Source: Octopus bimaculoides (lineage: Eukaryota). Taken from it: a stretch of 36,465 bases of DNA. A program made the position numbers and the translations under genes. The notes under the pieces are model-generated. The model did not search any database and was not told where the DNA came from. It was given only the letters and a program-made list of their open reading frames with translations. Every line of letters starts with the position of its first letter. Positions within the stretch are counted from its first letter, which is position 1. This document shows, piece by piece, positions 1 through 11,994 of the stretch. The stretch lies in assembly GCF_001194135.2 (NCBI RefSeq), contig NC_069007.1:19368204-19404668 (forward strand). Direction: 5' to 3'.

Positions 1-31
<31 letters not shown>

Positions 32-123
32 TATATGTATTTATACTTATGTATCTATGTGCGTATCTATACACACACATATATATATATATTTACATAT
101 ACACATATATACATACATATTCT

Positions 124-282
124 ATAGGCTTCCACGCAGTTTCCCTCGTTCAGATTCACCCAGAAGACATTAATTAATCGGACTAGTGTATGGTAAAATA
201 CACTCACCCAATGTGCCGCGCTGTCGAACAGAACCCGAAGCAATGTGCTTGCAAAATAGATCATCTTAGGCACAAAGCCATT
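124..282 (-). mobile_element. Degenerate tRNA/CORE-type SINE 5' half (family A-like)
   Basis: Weak colinear similarity to the better copies at 10330-10478 and 19381-19532 (caatgtgccgcgc..gaacccgaag..cacaaagcca versus caaggtgcaacgc..gaacccgtaa..cacacagcca). Confidence 0.5.
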
Positions 283-2450
283 GAGTGCGCCTATACGTAT
301 GTTTGCGTGTATATGCAGAAACACATAGATAGATTCGTACATACTTATATACAAATATATATACTACATACTCACATACATAGTCATATAGAAAGATATA
401 TATATATATATTTACATATAAGTAATCATATATATACATACGCATACACGCGCACATACGTGTGTGTATATACAGGCTCGTTCTATGTTTCGGCTGCAAT
501 TCTTTAAATCTGTGCAAAGACTCTGGCACATGTCGCCAATCATTAAATAAGATTTCATCAACTGACAATGGTAGGAGAAAGACGAAAACAACTACGTCAA
601 GACAGCATGGTGTACGTTTTAGAATATGATAAAGTCATACCGTTGCTCGTATTTATAACTTATTTCTAAAGGCCTTTCAGTCTTTATTGTAAAGAGTTTT
701 GCGACGTCATTGTACAAATCTTTGAGAATATATTTTAACAAGAGCATATGCTTACGTGAATGCAGCCAAACAACTATCCATTTATACATTCACGCTCACC
801 TTACTACATACATACATACATAGCACATACATAGATACACATATACATACACACAACTACCCACCANNNNNNNNNNNNNNNNNNNNNNNNNNNNNNNNNN
901 NNNNNNNNNNNNNNNNNNNNNNNNNNNNNNNNNNNNNNNNNNNNNNNNNNNNNNNNNNNNNNNNNNNNNNNNNNNNNNNNNNNNNNNNNNNNNNNNNNNN
1001 NNNNNNNNNNNNNNNNNNNNNNNNNNNNNNNNNNNNNNNNNNNNNNNNNNNNNNNNNNNNNNNNNNNNNNNNNNNNNNNNNNNNNNNNNNNNNNNNNNNN
1101 NNNNNNNNNNNNNNNNNNNNNNNNNNNNNNNNNNNNNNNNNNNNNNNNNNNNNNNNNNNNNNNNNNNNNNNNNNNNNNNNNNNNNNNNNNNNNNNNNNNN
1201 NNNNNNNNNNNNNNNNNNNNNNNNNNNNNNNNNNNNNNNNNNNNNNNNNNNNNNNNNNNNNNNNNNNNNNNNNNNNNNNNNNNNNNNNNNNNNNNNNNNN
1301 NNNNNNNNNNNNNNNNNNNNNNNNNNNNNNNNNNNNNNNNNNNNNNNNNNNNNNNNNNNNNNNNNNNNNNNNNNNNNNNNNNNNNNNNNNNNNNNNNNNN
1401 NNNNNNNNNNNNNNNNNNNNNNNNNNNNNNNNNNNNNNNNNNNNNNNNNNNNNNNNNNNNNNNNNNNNNNNNNNNNNNNNNNNNNNNNNNNNNNNNNNNN
1501 NNNNNNNNNNNNNNNNNNNNNNNNNNNNNATATATATTTAAATATATATATACTTCAGAATTTTAAATGCTGTTAAAAGACGTAAGTAAAACACCAAAAC
1601 TATCTTTAGCTTCGAGTATATACATATAATTATATGCGTGTATATATGTGCATGTATGTATATACACTGGCACACACGCATACACACCCACGCACACACA
1701 GACGTGTGTGTGTGTGTGTAATTGAATAAAATGCACAGCTTCATGCACGCAACTACGCATACGTTTGCATACATAACCACGTATATTCGTAATCATATAT
1801 CCTTATGTCTATATATACACGCACATATATTATTCACATAATTCTAATGTTGGACTAATTATGGATTTCATAACTTTCAGCTTAGCCGTCTCTTTCGATG
1901 CCTTCATTCTACAAATGTTGTTATGATAATGGATTAGAATGTTTCTTGAATAATTCTTGAAAAACTTGAGTCGTATTGAAATATTGAAAGCAACAATTTT
2001 CTCCATTCTTATCTCAGCCTAAACAGAATAAACGACAGATAATACCATTACCTGAAGCAATGGTGAAACTAACAGTAATAATACTATTAATGTTTCATTG
2101 ACCGTCTAAATTCAGTTATTAGAGAATATCTCTTGTATTGAGTTCTACGTTGTTTAAAATATTTATCACCTTTTATTTTACTTATGTTTTGTTCTTTTTG
2201 ATTCTTTGAATTCGTCTTCTAAAGAGACTGATTTCTATCGAAGAAACACATTCTTTGCAGATACTTAGGTAGGAACAGCTTCAAGGGCCACGTACTAATA
2301 AGTGCTGAAACGTTCCTGGCTTTAAGGGCGTCGCGAAAGCTCTGATTGTAGGACCAACTGTCTGAGTTCCTTTACAGGACGTTTAAAGTAAGGAACTCAC
2401 ACGAGCTAATGTAGTGAATATTTTAGTAATAGACGTTAAAATGTTATTTT

Positions 2451-3054
2451 GGATCTTTTTTAAAACGGGGGCCACATTTTTCATTAACGAAACACTTTGA
2501 AACTTGGAACACTGGTAGAATGTGTCATATAAAACATCTTTTTCTCTTAGTCTTCTTTAAAAAAAAGAAATCCCTAATTTATTCCATGTTAAAGTTGTCG
2601 TATTACTGTAATTTCAACCAATCACTGACGTCCATTCAACCGATATACATTAAGTGCCGACAACATAAACAAACGATTCTGAAACAATTCTATCGGTGAT
2701 AGGGTTAGGGTTAGGGTTAGGGTAAAACAGCAAATTTAAAAAGAAAAAAGCAAATAAAACGAAGAAGAAAAAAAGAAAATGAAAAAAGCAAATTTAAAAT
2801 GAAAAAAGCAAATAAAACGAAGCTATGGCTTAATCAGCCAAAGGAGTAAATGTAAACAACTGAATACTTGTCAGTGATTGGTTGAAATTATCGAAATAAG
2901 ACAATTTTTTACATGAAATAAATTCGAATACAAAAATATTTTTCTGTTCTATAACACAAAATAGATAAGTATACGAAGTTTGAAAGTCTTTCGGTACCAA
3001 AAACACTACGTAAAACATTAATGAAAAATGTGGCCCCCGTTTTAAAAAAGATCC
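2451..3054. mobile_element. Non-autonomous DNA transposon (MITE), 604 bp, Merlin-like termini
   Basis: Perfect 37-bp TIRs (2451-2487 GGATCTTTTTTAAAACGGGGGCCACATTTTTCATTAA and its reverse complement at 3018-3054). Perfect 8-bp TSD GTTATTTT at 2443-2450 and 3055-3062. No ORF. GG...CC ends with an 8-bp TSD fit Merlin/IS1016; hAT and P also make 8-bp TSDs, so the superfamily is an inference. Confidence 0.93.
2699..2722 (+). repeat. Interstitial telomere-type repeat ATAGGG(TTAGGG)3 inside the MITE
   Basis: Read directly from the sequence. Confidence 0.9.
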
Positions 3055-3489
3055 GTTATTTTCACCTGACGATCCCAGAATATATTGGTCATACAGAGGG
3101 TGAAATCAATTGGTATTGACCTATACATTACTTACTCATGTATTCAACGCAAAGGTAAGCCTATTTCTCATATGTTTATTAGACTGCTCTTGTGTATCTT
3201 TATAGTGAGTTTCTGGTGGTTTCGGAGCGTTGGCTCTGATTTTACCATGAGGTATTATATACCCCAATGATGCTTACTCTCTAGTATATTCAGAGATTCA
3301 TTGATATATACATATCTATACACGTATGATACGGGGGTGGGATAACAAAAACTGGAATGTAAGTAGAAAAGAACGCAAAACAAAGAACGATAGAAACCAT
3401 TTCATTCGTTAAAATTTTTATTTTCAGTTTCATTTTTATTCAAGTGAATACATTCAACACAAGACATTTACGTCAAATGACACGTATGT

Positions 3490-3815
<326 letters not shown>

Positions 3816-4329
3816 TTGGTTATGATAAACATATCTTTGCATAAATTGGTTGTGATCAATACATTCTTCTTATCGAAATGAAACGACTTATGCTATACGA
3901 CGTACTGTTATTGCTTTTTATATCTCATTTATCCCTAGTATTTATCTGTCGATTATCGATATATCGATGTATTTACGTTACACAGTAAAATATTTACGTC
4001 ATATATAAAAAAAAAGACGATTGATTGGAAACATTTTGTTAGCATCATATATTCACCATTACACATGTTTCATTTCCTAATAGGAGTTACAAAACTGTAC
4101 ATATTGAAAACTGTACATAGTGAACATTTTCCGTTACGATTTTCATCCCGGCGTCAATGAGTTTATCACATAACATTTGTCATGAAAGTAAAAACGACTT
4201 CTCCTGATATTTCAAAGCAAATCTTCTCAACCAAAATGCTCCCTTGCCCACTGGCTCAGGGGAATGGGAAATCAGCTTTTTCAGCTTCTTTTCTTTTTTT
4301 TTTGTCTTCAGGGCCGAAATTTCCATTTT

Positions 4330-4714
4330 TTCAAAGTTCATCAAACAGTTACACAAAAAGTTCAAACGATTTTTAGAAGAACTTACCTTTTCCAGAACAC
4401 TCGAAATCTCCTTAATGTCTGAATTATGTTGGTTGTACAACAGAACACTTAAACAAAAGGTTTATGGGCACAGATTCGACGTCAGGCACAATAACAGTAG
4501 TTCGACAGAACTTGCTAAACATTTCGTTTCAAGCGGCTGCAATTTTGAAGAAGACTTGAAAGAGCATATTCTCAGAAAATATTCTGAATCTGCTTCACTT
4601 TCACTTCTCAGAATGTATGAGAAATATGTTTGCGGGTTATTAACATCACGCCCTGGAGAAATGAATAAAATGACAGAAGGATATCATCAAATTTATACAA
4701 AATCTTTTGATTAA
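4330..4714 (+). pseudogene. Degenerate GIY-YIG endonuclease of a Penelope-like retroelement
   Basis: One frame gives SYTKSSNDF*...*CLNYVGCT (YVG at 4425-4433). After a frameshift near 4440 it continues RTLKQKVYGHRFDVRHNNSSSTELAKHFVSSGCNFEEDLKEHIL...LRMYEKYVCGLLTSRPGEMNK. This matches the PLE GIY-YIG pattern YxG.T.R.L..R..EH......A.HF....H....L...IL....R...E...I..L.T..P.G.N. Stops and a frameshift indicate a relic. Confidence 0.8.
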
Positions 4715-4922
4715 ATATTCTTCTTTTTCTTTTTATCTTTCCTCTTTTTCTCTGTCTCTTTTTTTCTGTCTTCTTTTTTTCTGTCATTTTCTTTTCACCT
4801 GTTATAAAAATTGAAACTTAAAAAACTGATGACATAATTCCATCATCGTGTGGACGCTGGTTGCTCTCGTTCATACTTTACGCTTAAATTTCAGTAATTT
4901 TGAATGGTTATCACTTCTTATT

Positions 4923-4974
4923 TTGAACTTGATAAAGGCAGACTTAACTGTTGAAATATCGTTCAACCAATAAA
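4923..4974 (+). ncRNA. Degenerate minimal type I hammerhead motif plus AATAAA (PLE pseudo-LTR)
   Basis: TTGAAC-[TTGATAA]-A-GGCAG acttaa CTGTT-[GAA]-ATAT-C-GTTCAA. Stem I is 6 bp, stem II is 5 bp (two GU pairs), loop 3 is the palindrome AUAU, and AATAAA follows at 4969-4974. The core carries C3U and G8A changes. Confidence 0.7.
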
Positions 4975-5104
4975 ATATCTTACAACCGAATCGCGCTCTT
5001 CGTCTTGACTGTTTACCTTTGTGAAGAGTTACGTCAATCCTTTTTTAAAATATTATTATCATTATTATTATTGTTGTTGTTGTTGTTGTTGTTATTTATA
5101 ATGT

Positions 5105-5258
5105 GGTGATCAGGCGGAGCAGTCATCCCACCGGTCAAAACGCGCAACTTTTCGTTCTGAGCGTATATTCCGCCCAAGGTCGACTTTTCGTTTCATCCTT
5201 TCGGGATCGATAAAATAGGTACCAATTGCACACTGGAGTCGATGTAACTGACTTTCCC
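5105..5258 (+). mobile_element. SINE family C copy (degenerate)
   Basis: cgttctgagcgtatattccgcccaaggtcgactttt..tcatcctttcgggatcgataaaataggtacc..ctggagtcgatgtaa is shared with 33310-33445 and 35122-35365. Confidence 0.75.
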
Positions 5259-5769
5259 TAAACATTTAGAATTAGAATTCTAAAAAATTAGAATTATTAT
5301 ATTTTAATTTGTCGTCCAAAATTACAATGTCGGGATTCTTGTTCTCTTACTGCCGTACTTTTAGTCATTCACCTAAGCCTTCTTCACTAAACAGATCTAT
5401 TTTCATACGCATTCCGACAATGGCCATCCCACTTCTTCACAGATATATAGCACTACAATACTGAATGTCTCCTCCGTTTAGAAGAGAGTAGGTGTATGAG
5501 CTAGGGAAGATTTAACAATTATTTCTAAATGGTCTAGCGACTACGCAGTTCGTTCCACTGTGAATCACAAGGCGTGCTGGGTTTAAAATTACTGGCGCTT
5601 CCTATGAGAAGGTTCGGTCAATATTCGATGCATTGGAATATATGGGAGCAGTAGATTTCATTGGAATTGTCATTTTCATGAATTCTTTACTTTAGTGAGA
5701 ACATTATTTATTATAGAAACATAATAGCGTAAAGATGTAATAAACATTTTAGAGAAGATTCGGATTACG

Positions 5770-5827
5770 CATGTGTGTGTGTATGTATGTATGTATGTAT
5801 GTATGTATGTACGTACGGGTGTGTAGG

Positions 5828-5886
<59 letters not shown>

Positions 5887-5890
5887 AGAT
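5770..5890. repeat. (GTAT)n/(TA)n microsatellite
   Basis: Read directly. Confidence 0.95.
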
Positions 5891-6504
5891 ACATTTAAAT
5901 ATATTATATATATATACGTATGCAATGTAGCTAATATACGTATAAATGTACGGATGCGTGTATTAACATAAATATATGTATGTGTGTGTTTATGTGTACA
6001 TATGTGTGTATGTATTATGCATGTATGTATGCATGTATGTGTGTGTGTGTATGTGTGAACATGTGTGTGTATATCTGGGCACAAAGTAAAAGCACACATA
6101 GCAAAAAGACCCAAAATCAACCGTTGGTGGCTTTTGGTTCTCCATTTTATTATAAAAACAAAAATAATTCATAAAATGGCGGCGTCTGATATTGAACCTG
6201 CCGTTTTAAATAGCTTCCGGTTAACTTGGTTGTTGCCGGGATCATATTATTTAACTAGTGTTGTATAAACGTTTATCATTATAATTGATGTACCGATGTG
6301 AAATGTGAGACGGTTATCATCGACTGGATGTTGATGTAGAGGTGTTCAACAATGCTCCCACCCCAAGTCCTTCTTTCTTACCTTTTTTTTTCTTGCTCAT
6401 TAATCATTCGATTTGTTTGGTCTGCTATTCTGTGACAAGGTAACTCATTTGCATTTGTGTAACACAAATCTTGTACAGTTATATAGAGATAGCATTTATG
6501 TATG

Positions 6505-6549
<45 letters not shown>

Positions 6550-6954
6550 TATATATGTATTTGTGTGTGTGTGTGCACCCCGCTACACGCATATATATAN
6601 NNNNNNNNNNNNNNNNNNNNNNNNNNNNNNNNNNNNNNNNNNNNNNNNNNNNNNNNNNNNNNNNNNNNNNNNNNNNNNNNNNNNNNNNNNNNNNNNNNNN
6701 NNNNNNNNNNNNNNNNNNNNNNNNNNNNNNNNNNNNNNNNNNNNNNNNNNNNNNNNNNNNNNNNNNNNNNNNNNNNNNNNNNNNNNNNNNNNNNNNNNNN
6801 NNNNNNNNNNNNNNNNNNNNNNNNNNNNNNNNNNNNNNNNNNNNNNNNNNNNNNNNNNNNNNNNNNNNNNNNNNNNNNNNNNNNNNNNNNNNNNNNNNNN
6901 NNNNNNNNNNNNNNNNNNNNNNNNNNNNNGCACACACACATTGCTGTTGATTCA

Positions 6955-7030
6955 TTTGGCTAAAAGTAATTCAAAGCGGTGCCCCAGCATGGCCGGCAAT
7001 CGGATGATTGAAACAAGTAAACGATGAAAG
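6955..7030 (+). mobile_element. SINE family A/B 3' tail fragment
   Basis: gcggtgccccagcatggcc..tgattgaaacaagtaaa matches the 3' end of the full copy at 19130-19540 (reverse complement). Confidence 0.75.
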
Positions 7031-7394
7031 ATAACATTACTTTTTGACAGTAAATGAAGGAAATGTATAAGTTTAAACGTCAAAAGAAAAAGGAAAAAAA
7101 AGACTTTCTCAATTTGAACAGAATGATATTTAAAGCAATAATTGATAAAACTGCAGTTATTAATTCTTAGTGGCTGACTTTGACATATCCAATTGCTTCT
7201 GGTTATTAATTGTCATTTCAGGACATCTTCTAACTACTAACCACCAGTACCCTCCTCTACTGGGAACACGCCACTCGAACACACTCAGCAATCACTTAAT
7301 TTTGTCGACGAGAATCTGAGAGTTTTTTCTTCCAGACATATATTGAAAGTATCTATGTTCAAGTTGTATTTTTACATTTTTTTCAATATTTCTT

Positions 7395-7590
7395 TTTTAT
7401 TCTTTTACTCGTTTCGGTCATTTGACTGCAGCCATGCTGGAGCACTGCCTGAAATATTTTTTAAATTTTTAGTCGAAGAAATCGACCCCAGGACTTATTC
7501 TTTGTAAGCCTAGTACTTATTCTATCGATCACCTTTGCCGAATCGCTAAGTTACGTGGGCGTAAACAGACCAACATCTTTGGGCGACAAA
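7395..7590 (-). mobile_element. SINE family A/B 3' half
   Basis: gtcatttgactgcagccatgctggagcac..atcgaccccaggacttattctttgtaagcctagtacttattc is nearly identical to 19155-19290 and 26990-27125; it runs into a (CA)n tract. Confidence 0.9.
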
Positions 7591-7619
7591 CACATACTAA
7601 AAGACTCACATACATAAAT

Positions 7620-7657
<38 letters not shown>

Positions 7658-8728
7658 TCGGTGATATAGTTTGCAGCAAGGTTTATTCGTTACGCGGCAT
7701 TGAAAATTCACAACAATGCCGAAACCTTGATGTCTGTCGCTCGGAGAAAGGGGCCTGATGTGAGTTGCCTCGCTTACCTATGACCTACTTTTAGGTGTTC
7801 TTAACACTAGGCGCATTGAGAATATATTCTCTTACGCCTAAAGCGCAGCCGACCCACGAACTAATAATACACCCACACCTTGTGTATGTGTGTTCGATGT
7901 TGCTTATATACCTTGTCCCGGTTCTAATTCAGATTTGAATGTAAAGCAGAATACAAATTTCATAACAGTATAAGTTAACACGAATACTATAACCAGAACA
8001 TTGTCAAATTGAAAAGTTTCTTAACAATAATATTGCAGGAAATGTACCAACACAAGAACAAGGCTACTAATGACCGTCGTGAACCACAAATTCAATTGTA
8101 AACGTGCAAATTGTAAATTTTATGACTCGCTGTTATATTGGCCATCACTTGTTGCTCGCTCACCGAAGAAATTGCTATGAACTACATTACATAATACTAG
8201 ACAAAACTGGTTCAGACAACATTAGCGGACAACCTACCAATGCTCTATAGAAATCCTCATAAAACAGATTAATGGCTTGCTGTAATATAATTACCACAGT
8301 TCAATGCTTAAATAAACAGACAGATATAGTGCGTCGCAAACAAAATGAATCTTGTTGAGAGAATATAGTTGTTGGAGGAGGTCGAAATATTTCCGTATTT
8401 TCTGCTCTGTAGAGTAAAACAAGTCTTTGTGATTTAGTCTTTGCTGTGTCGAGGATGGAAGTTCGCCAACAGACAACCCTAAGTAATTAAGATGTTTATT
8501 TTCATAGCGACCTCTAGGGTATATTTAGATTTCGAACCCGTTTAAAGAGGTGGGGAATACGATGTTATTTTATTAGTATAGTGTTTGTGTCCCGGGTGTT
8601 TTAACACTCTTCCTGTCATGGGTATCACAAATGATTCAGGCGACATATTTCATCCTCGCATCCATTCATCATATATAATACGTATCCCATGTTTTTTCAA
8701 CGATCAGAATACATTGGGACTTGTATTC

Positions 8729-8806
8729 TCCTCCTCATCCCCATCATCTCCTCCTCATCCTCCTCCTCCTCCTCCTCCCCCACTTCTTCTCCTCCTCCTC
8801 CTCCCC
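8729..8806. repeat. (CCT)n/(CAT) trinucleotide repeat running into a gap
   Basis: Read directly. Confidence 0.9.
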
Positions 8807-10255
8807 NNNNNNNNNNNNNNNNNNNNNNNNNNNNNNNNNNNNNNNNNNNNNNNNNNNNNNNNNNNNNNNNNNNNNNNNNNNNNNNNNNNNNNNNNNNNNN
8901 NNNNNNNNNNNNNNNNNNNNNNNNNNNNNNNNNNNNNNNNNNNNNNNNNNNNNNNNNNNNNNNNNNNNNNNNNNNNNNNNNNNNNNNNNNNNNNNNNNNN
9001 NNNNNNNNNNNNNNNNNNNNNNNNNNNNNNNNNNNNNNNNNNNNNNNNNNNNNNNNNNNNNNNNNNNNNNNNNNNNNNNNNNNNNNNNNNNNNNNNNNNN
9101 NNNNNNNNNNNNNNNNNNNNNNNNNNNNNNNNNNNNNNNNNNNNNNNNNNNNNNNNNNNNNNNNNNNNNNNNNNNNNNNNNNNNNNNNNNNNNGTTGCTG
9201 ATATTTCCTCCCATTCACGACGCCAAAACTGTGAATAAACCAAAACGGAATCTGAGAAAATATACGAAGCTTCCAAAAAAAAAATAAATAAAGTAAAATA
9301 AAGACAAGAAAAAAATCGGAAAACACGACAAACAAGTAAAAATATACGACCATTCAAGAGAACATAAAGATATTATTGTGATTATGGGCTTCCATAAAAA
9401 TGTTAGAGCTAAGACAGACCGCTCAGTGTTTGATATCAATGTAGACGTGTGGCTATTAGCTTAGAGGGCTTAGTTTTACTGTAAAGATTTTTGTGATTTT
9501 GTGCTGCTGTAGATATTATCTCTATTACTGTATTCCATAGATGAGGTGAGATATCGTACAATGTTGTTGAATGCAGAATGTTGTTCTGCAAGGAATCTAG
9601 CCAATAGCCTTAAAGTACACACGCGCGCTTATACACACACACACACACACACGTATTTACACAAANNNNNNNNNNACATACACACATACTATAAGCATAC
9701 CTACTTATATATATATATGTATGCATACATACACGTACATACATACTTATATACATGCATATATACATACACACATGCATACAATCATACCTACTTATAT
9801 ATATGTATACACATACATATACACACATACCTACACACACACATATATGTGTGTGTGTGTATATATATATGTATATACACACACACATACAAGTACATAC
9901 ATATATACATATATATGCATGTGTGTGGGTATGTAAGTATGTATATGCATGCTTTAACAATGTATAGTCAAGTACACAGACACGCGAGCGTATTCACACA
10001 CACACACACAAAATTACACACATACATACACACATACATACACACACATACGCGCAAACGAGCTCACACACACGCATTAATATTTATACACATGTTCTTA
10101 CGTACATATGTACATCCATAGACATGTGCATACTTACGAGAACAGACATTGGCATCAGGGATTTTATTCAAACACTCACACACACACACNNNNNNNNNNT
10201 TTCTAATGCGGAAACCGAATGAGATTGCTATTTGGTCTCATGCTTAACTTCTACA

Positions 10256-10329
10256 GTGGAGGTGCGTGGCTTAGTGGTTAGAGTGTTAGACTCATGATCG
10301 TCAGATTGTGGTTTCGATTCCTGGACCGG
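10256..10329 (+). mobile_element. tRNA-derived SINE head (family F)
   Basis: A-box-like TGGCTTAGTGG and B-box-like GGTTTCGATTCC; matches the reverse complement of 34633-34712. No acceptor stem, so not a tRNA gene. Confidence 0.8.
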
Positions 10330-10478
10330 CTTCTTTCAGTTTCCATCTACCAAATCCACTCACAAGGCTTTGGTCAGCCCGAGGCTATAGTAGAAGACAC
10401 TTGCTCAAGATGCCACGCAGTGGGACTGAACCCCCAGAACCATGTGGTTGGTGAGCAAGCTACTTACCACACAACCAT
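10330..10478 (-). mobile_element. SINE family A 5' half (tRNA head plus CORE-like segment)
   Basis: cttctttcagtttccatctaccaaatccactcacaaggctttggtcagcccgaggctatagtagaagacacttgc is highly similar to 19386-19532. Confidence 0.92.
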
Positions 10479-11500
10479 ATATATATATATATATATGAAT
10501 ATTTATTGACGCATTAAGCGATGTTAGTTGTGTTGGCATAATGTACTTCAAACGAAATGAAGGTATTCAAACGAGACTTCGTCTGCAGATAATTTAAATT
10601 GCACTGGAGATTTGTTTACATTTGTAAACAACTATAAGTCATAAAAGAGATATTTCTTTATAATTATCCAGTATATTCAAATTAATTTCGTTCCGTTCTC
10701 GAGTCTGGCTGAGCAGATACATTTCCTCAAGAGTACATTAAAGTTCTGTATACATTAAGAGTGGTACGTATGTGTTTGCAGATGTATAGTTTCTATGCAT
10801 TTTGTCTTTTCATTAGAGACCAGTTGTCTGTATTTCTGACCAAGGGGACGATTTTAGCTGGCAGCTATGCCATCTTTATTCAGGATAGGTTAAACTTAAA
10901 TTTATTTAGTCATTATCTTGCAATATTAGCGGTAGCGTCGTTAAGGTTTAATTAACGAGATAGCAACATTGCATGGCGGCGTGAAGAAATACAACACTAA
11001 GGTAATTATTAACGCGTTTGTGTGTGTATCCGTGTTTGTATGCGAGTGTATATGAATGTTTTAATCACACACAGTGTTACCCAAGGCGAGAAAAACAGAT
11101 ATTGTTATTAAGCGAAGTGCTTCTCTATTTGAAACTGAAGAAAAAGACCAGGAAATTGACTAACTTTTGCGTTTCTCATCGCTGCAACAATGATAAAATA
11201 CTCATTATCGTGACTCTGTCCTTTCCATAGAGAGAAGACAGGCTTGAAATAATTTATTAGAAGCATGAACCCAGACAGAACTAATTTAATTTTACCTGAT
11301 TTGCATAACAGTACGTGCAAGTTTATAAATTTCTATGATCGTTGGTAAGAATAAAGTTTTTAAAATGAATAAAGAAATTCGAAAGATTGCTTTTGTTCAA
11401 TAGTATAAAACCTATCAGGTTTTCTCGATGACCCACCGATTGCCCTGGGTTACTTCTGTACAAAGGGTCTTTAAACTCAATATATACTCGCTATTATTTA

Positions 11501-11550
11501 TAATGGCCCAGTGGTTAGGGCAGTGGACTCGCGGTTTTAGGATCGCAGTT

Positions 11551-11555
<5 letters not shown>
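11501..11555 (+). mobile_element. tRNA-derived SINE head fragment (family D)
   Basis: aatggcccagtggttagggcag(t/c)ggactcgcggt matches 21773-21807. Confidence 0.85.
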
Positions 11556-11588
<33 letters not shown>

Positions 11589-11851
11589 NNNNNNNNNNNN
11601 NNNNNNNNNNNNNNNNNNNNNNNNNNNNNNNNNNNNNNNNNNNNNNNNNNNNNNNNNNNNNNNNNNNNNNNNNNNNNNNNNNNNNNNNNNNNNNNNNNNN
11701 NNNNNNNNNNNNNNNNNNNNNNNNNNNNNNNNNNNNNNNNNNNNNNNNNNNNNNNNNNNNNNNNNNNNNNNNNNNNNNNNNNNNNNNNNNNNNNNNNNNN
11801 NNNNNNNNNNNNNNNNNNNNNNNNNNNNNNNNNNNNNNNNNNNNNNNNNNN

Positions 11852-11994
11852 GGGCTTCTTTCAGTTTCCATCTACCAAATCTACTCACAAGATTTCGGTC
11901 AACCCGGAGCTAAAACAGAAGACACTTGCGCAAGGTACGACGCAGTGGGACTGAACCCGGAGCCATGTGCTTGAGAGCCAGACTACACAGCCAT
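11852..11994 (-). mobile_element. SINE family A 5' half
   Basis: gggcttcttcagtttccatctaccaaat..gaagacacttgc..gcagtgggactgaacccgg, as at 19383-19532. Confidence 0.9.

Noticed and set aside
4244-4714. Intact 156-aa protein
   Set aside because: The N-terminal 65 residues are in the wrong frame relative to the YVG motif; only the C-terminal part is a PLE endonuclease relic.
7808-7840. Small hairpin TAGGCG..GAGAATATATTCTC..CGCCTA
   Set aside because: Too short for a pre-miRNA and has no recognisable context; plausible by chance.
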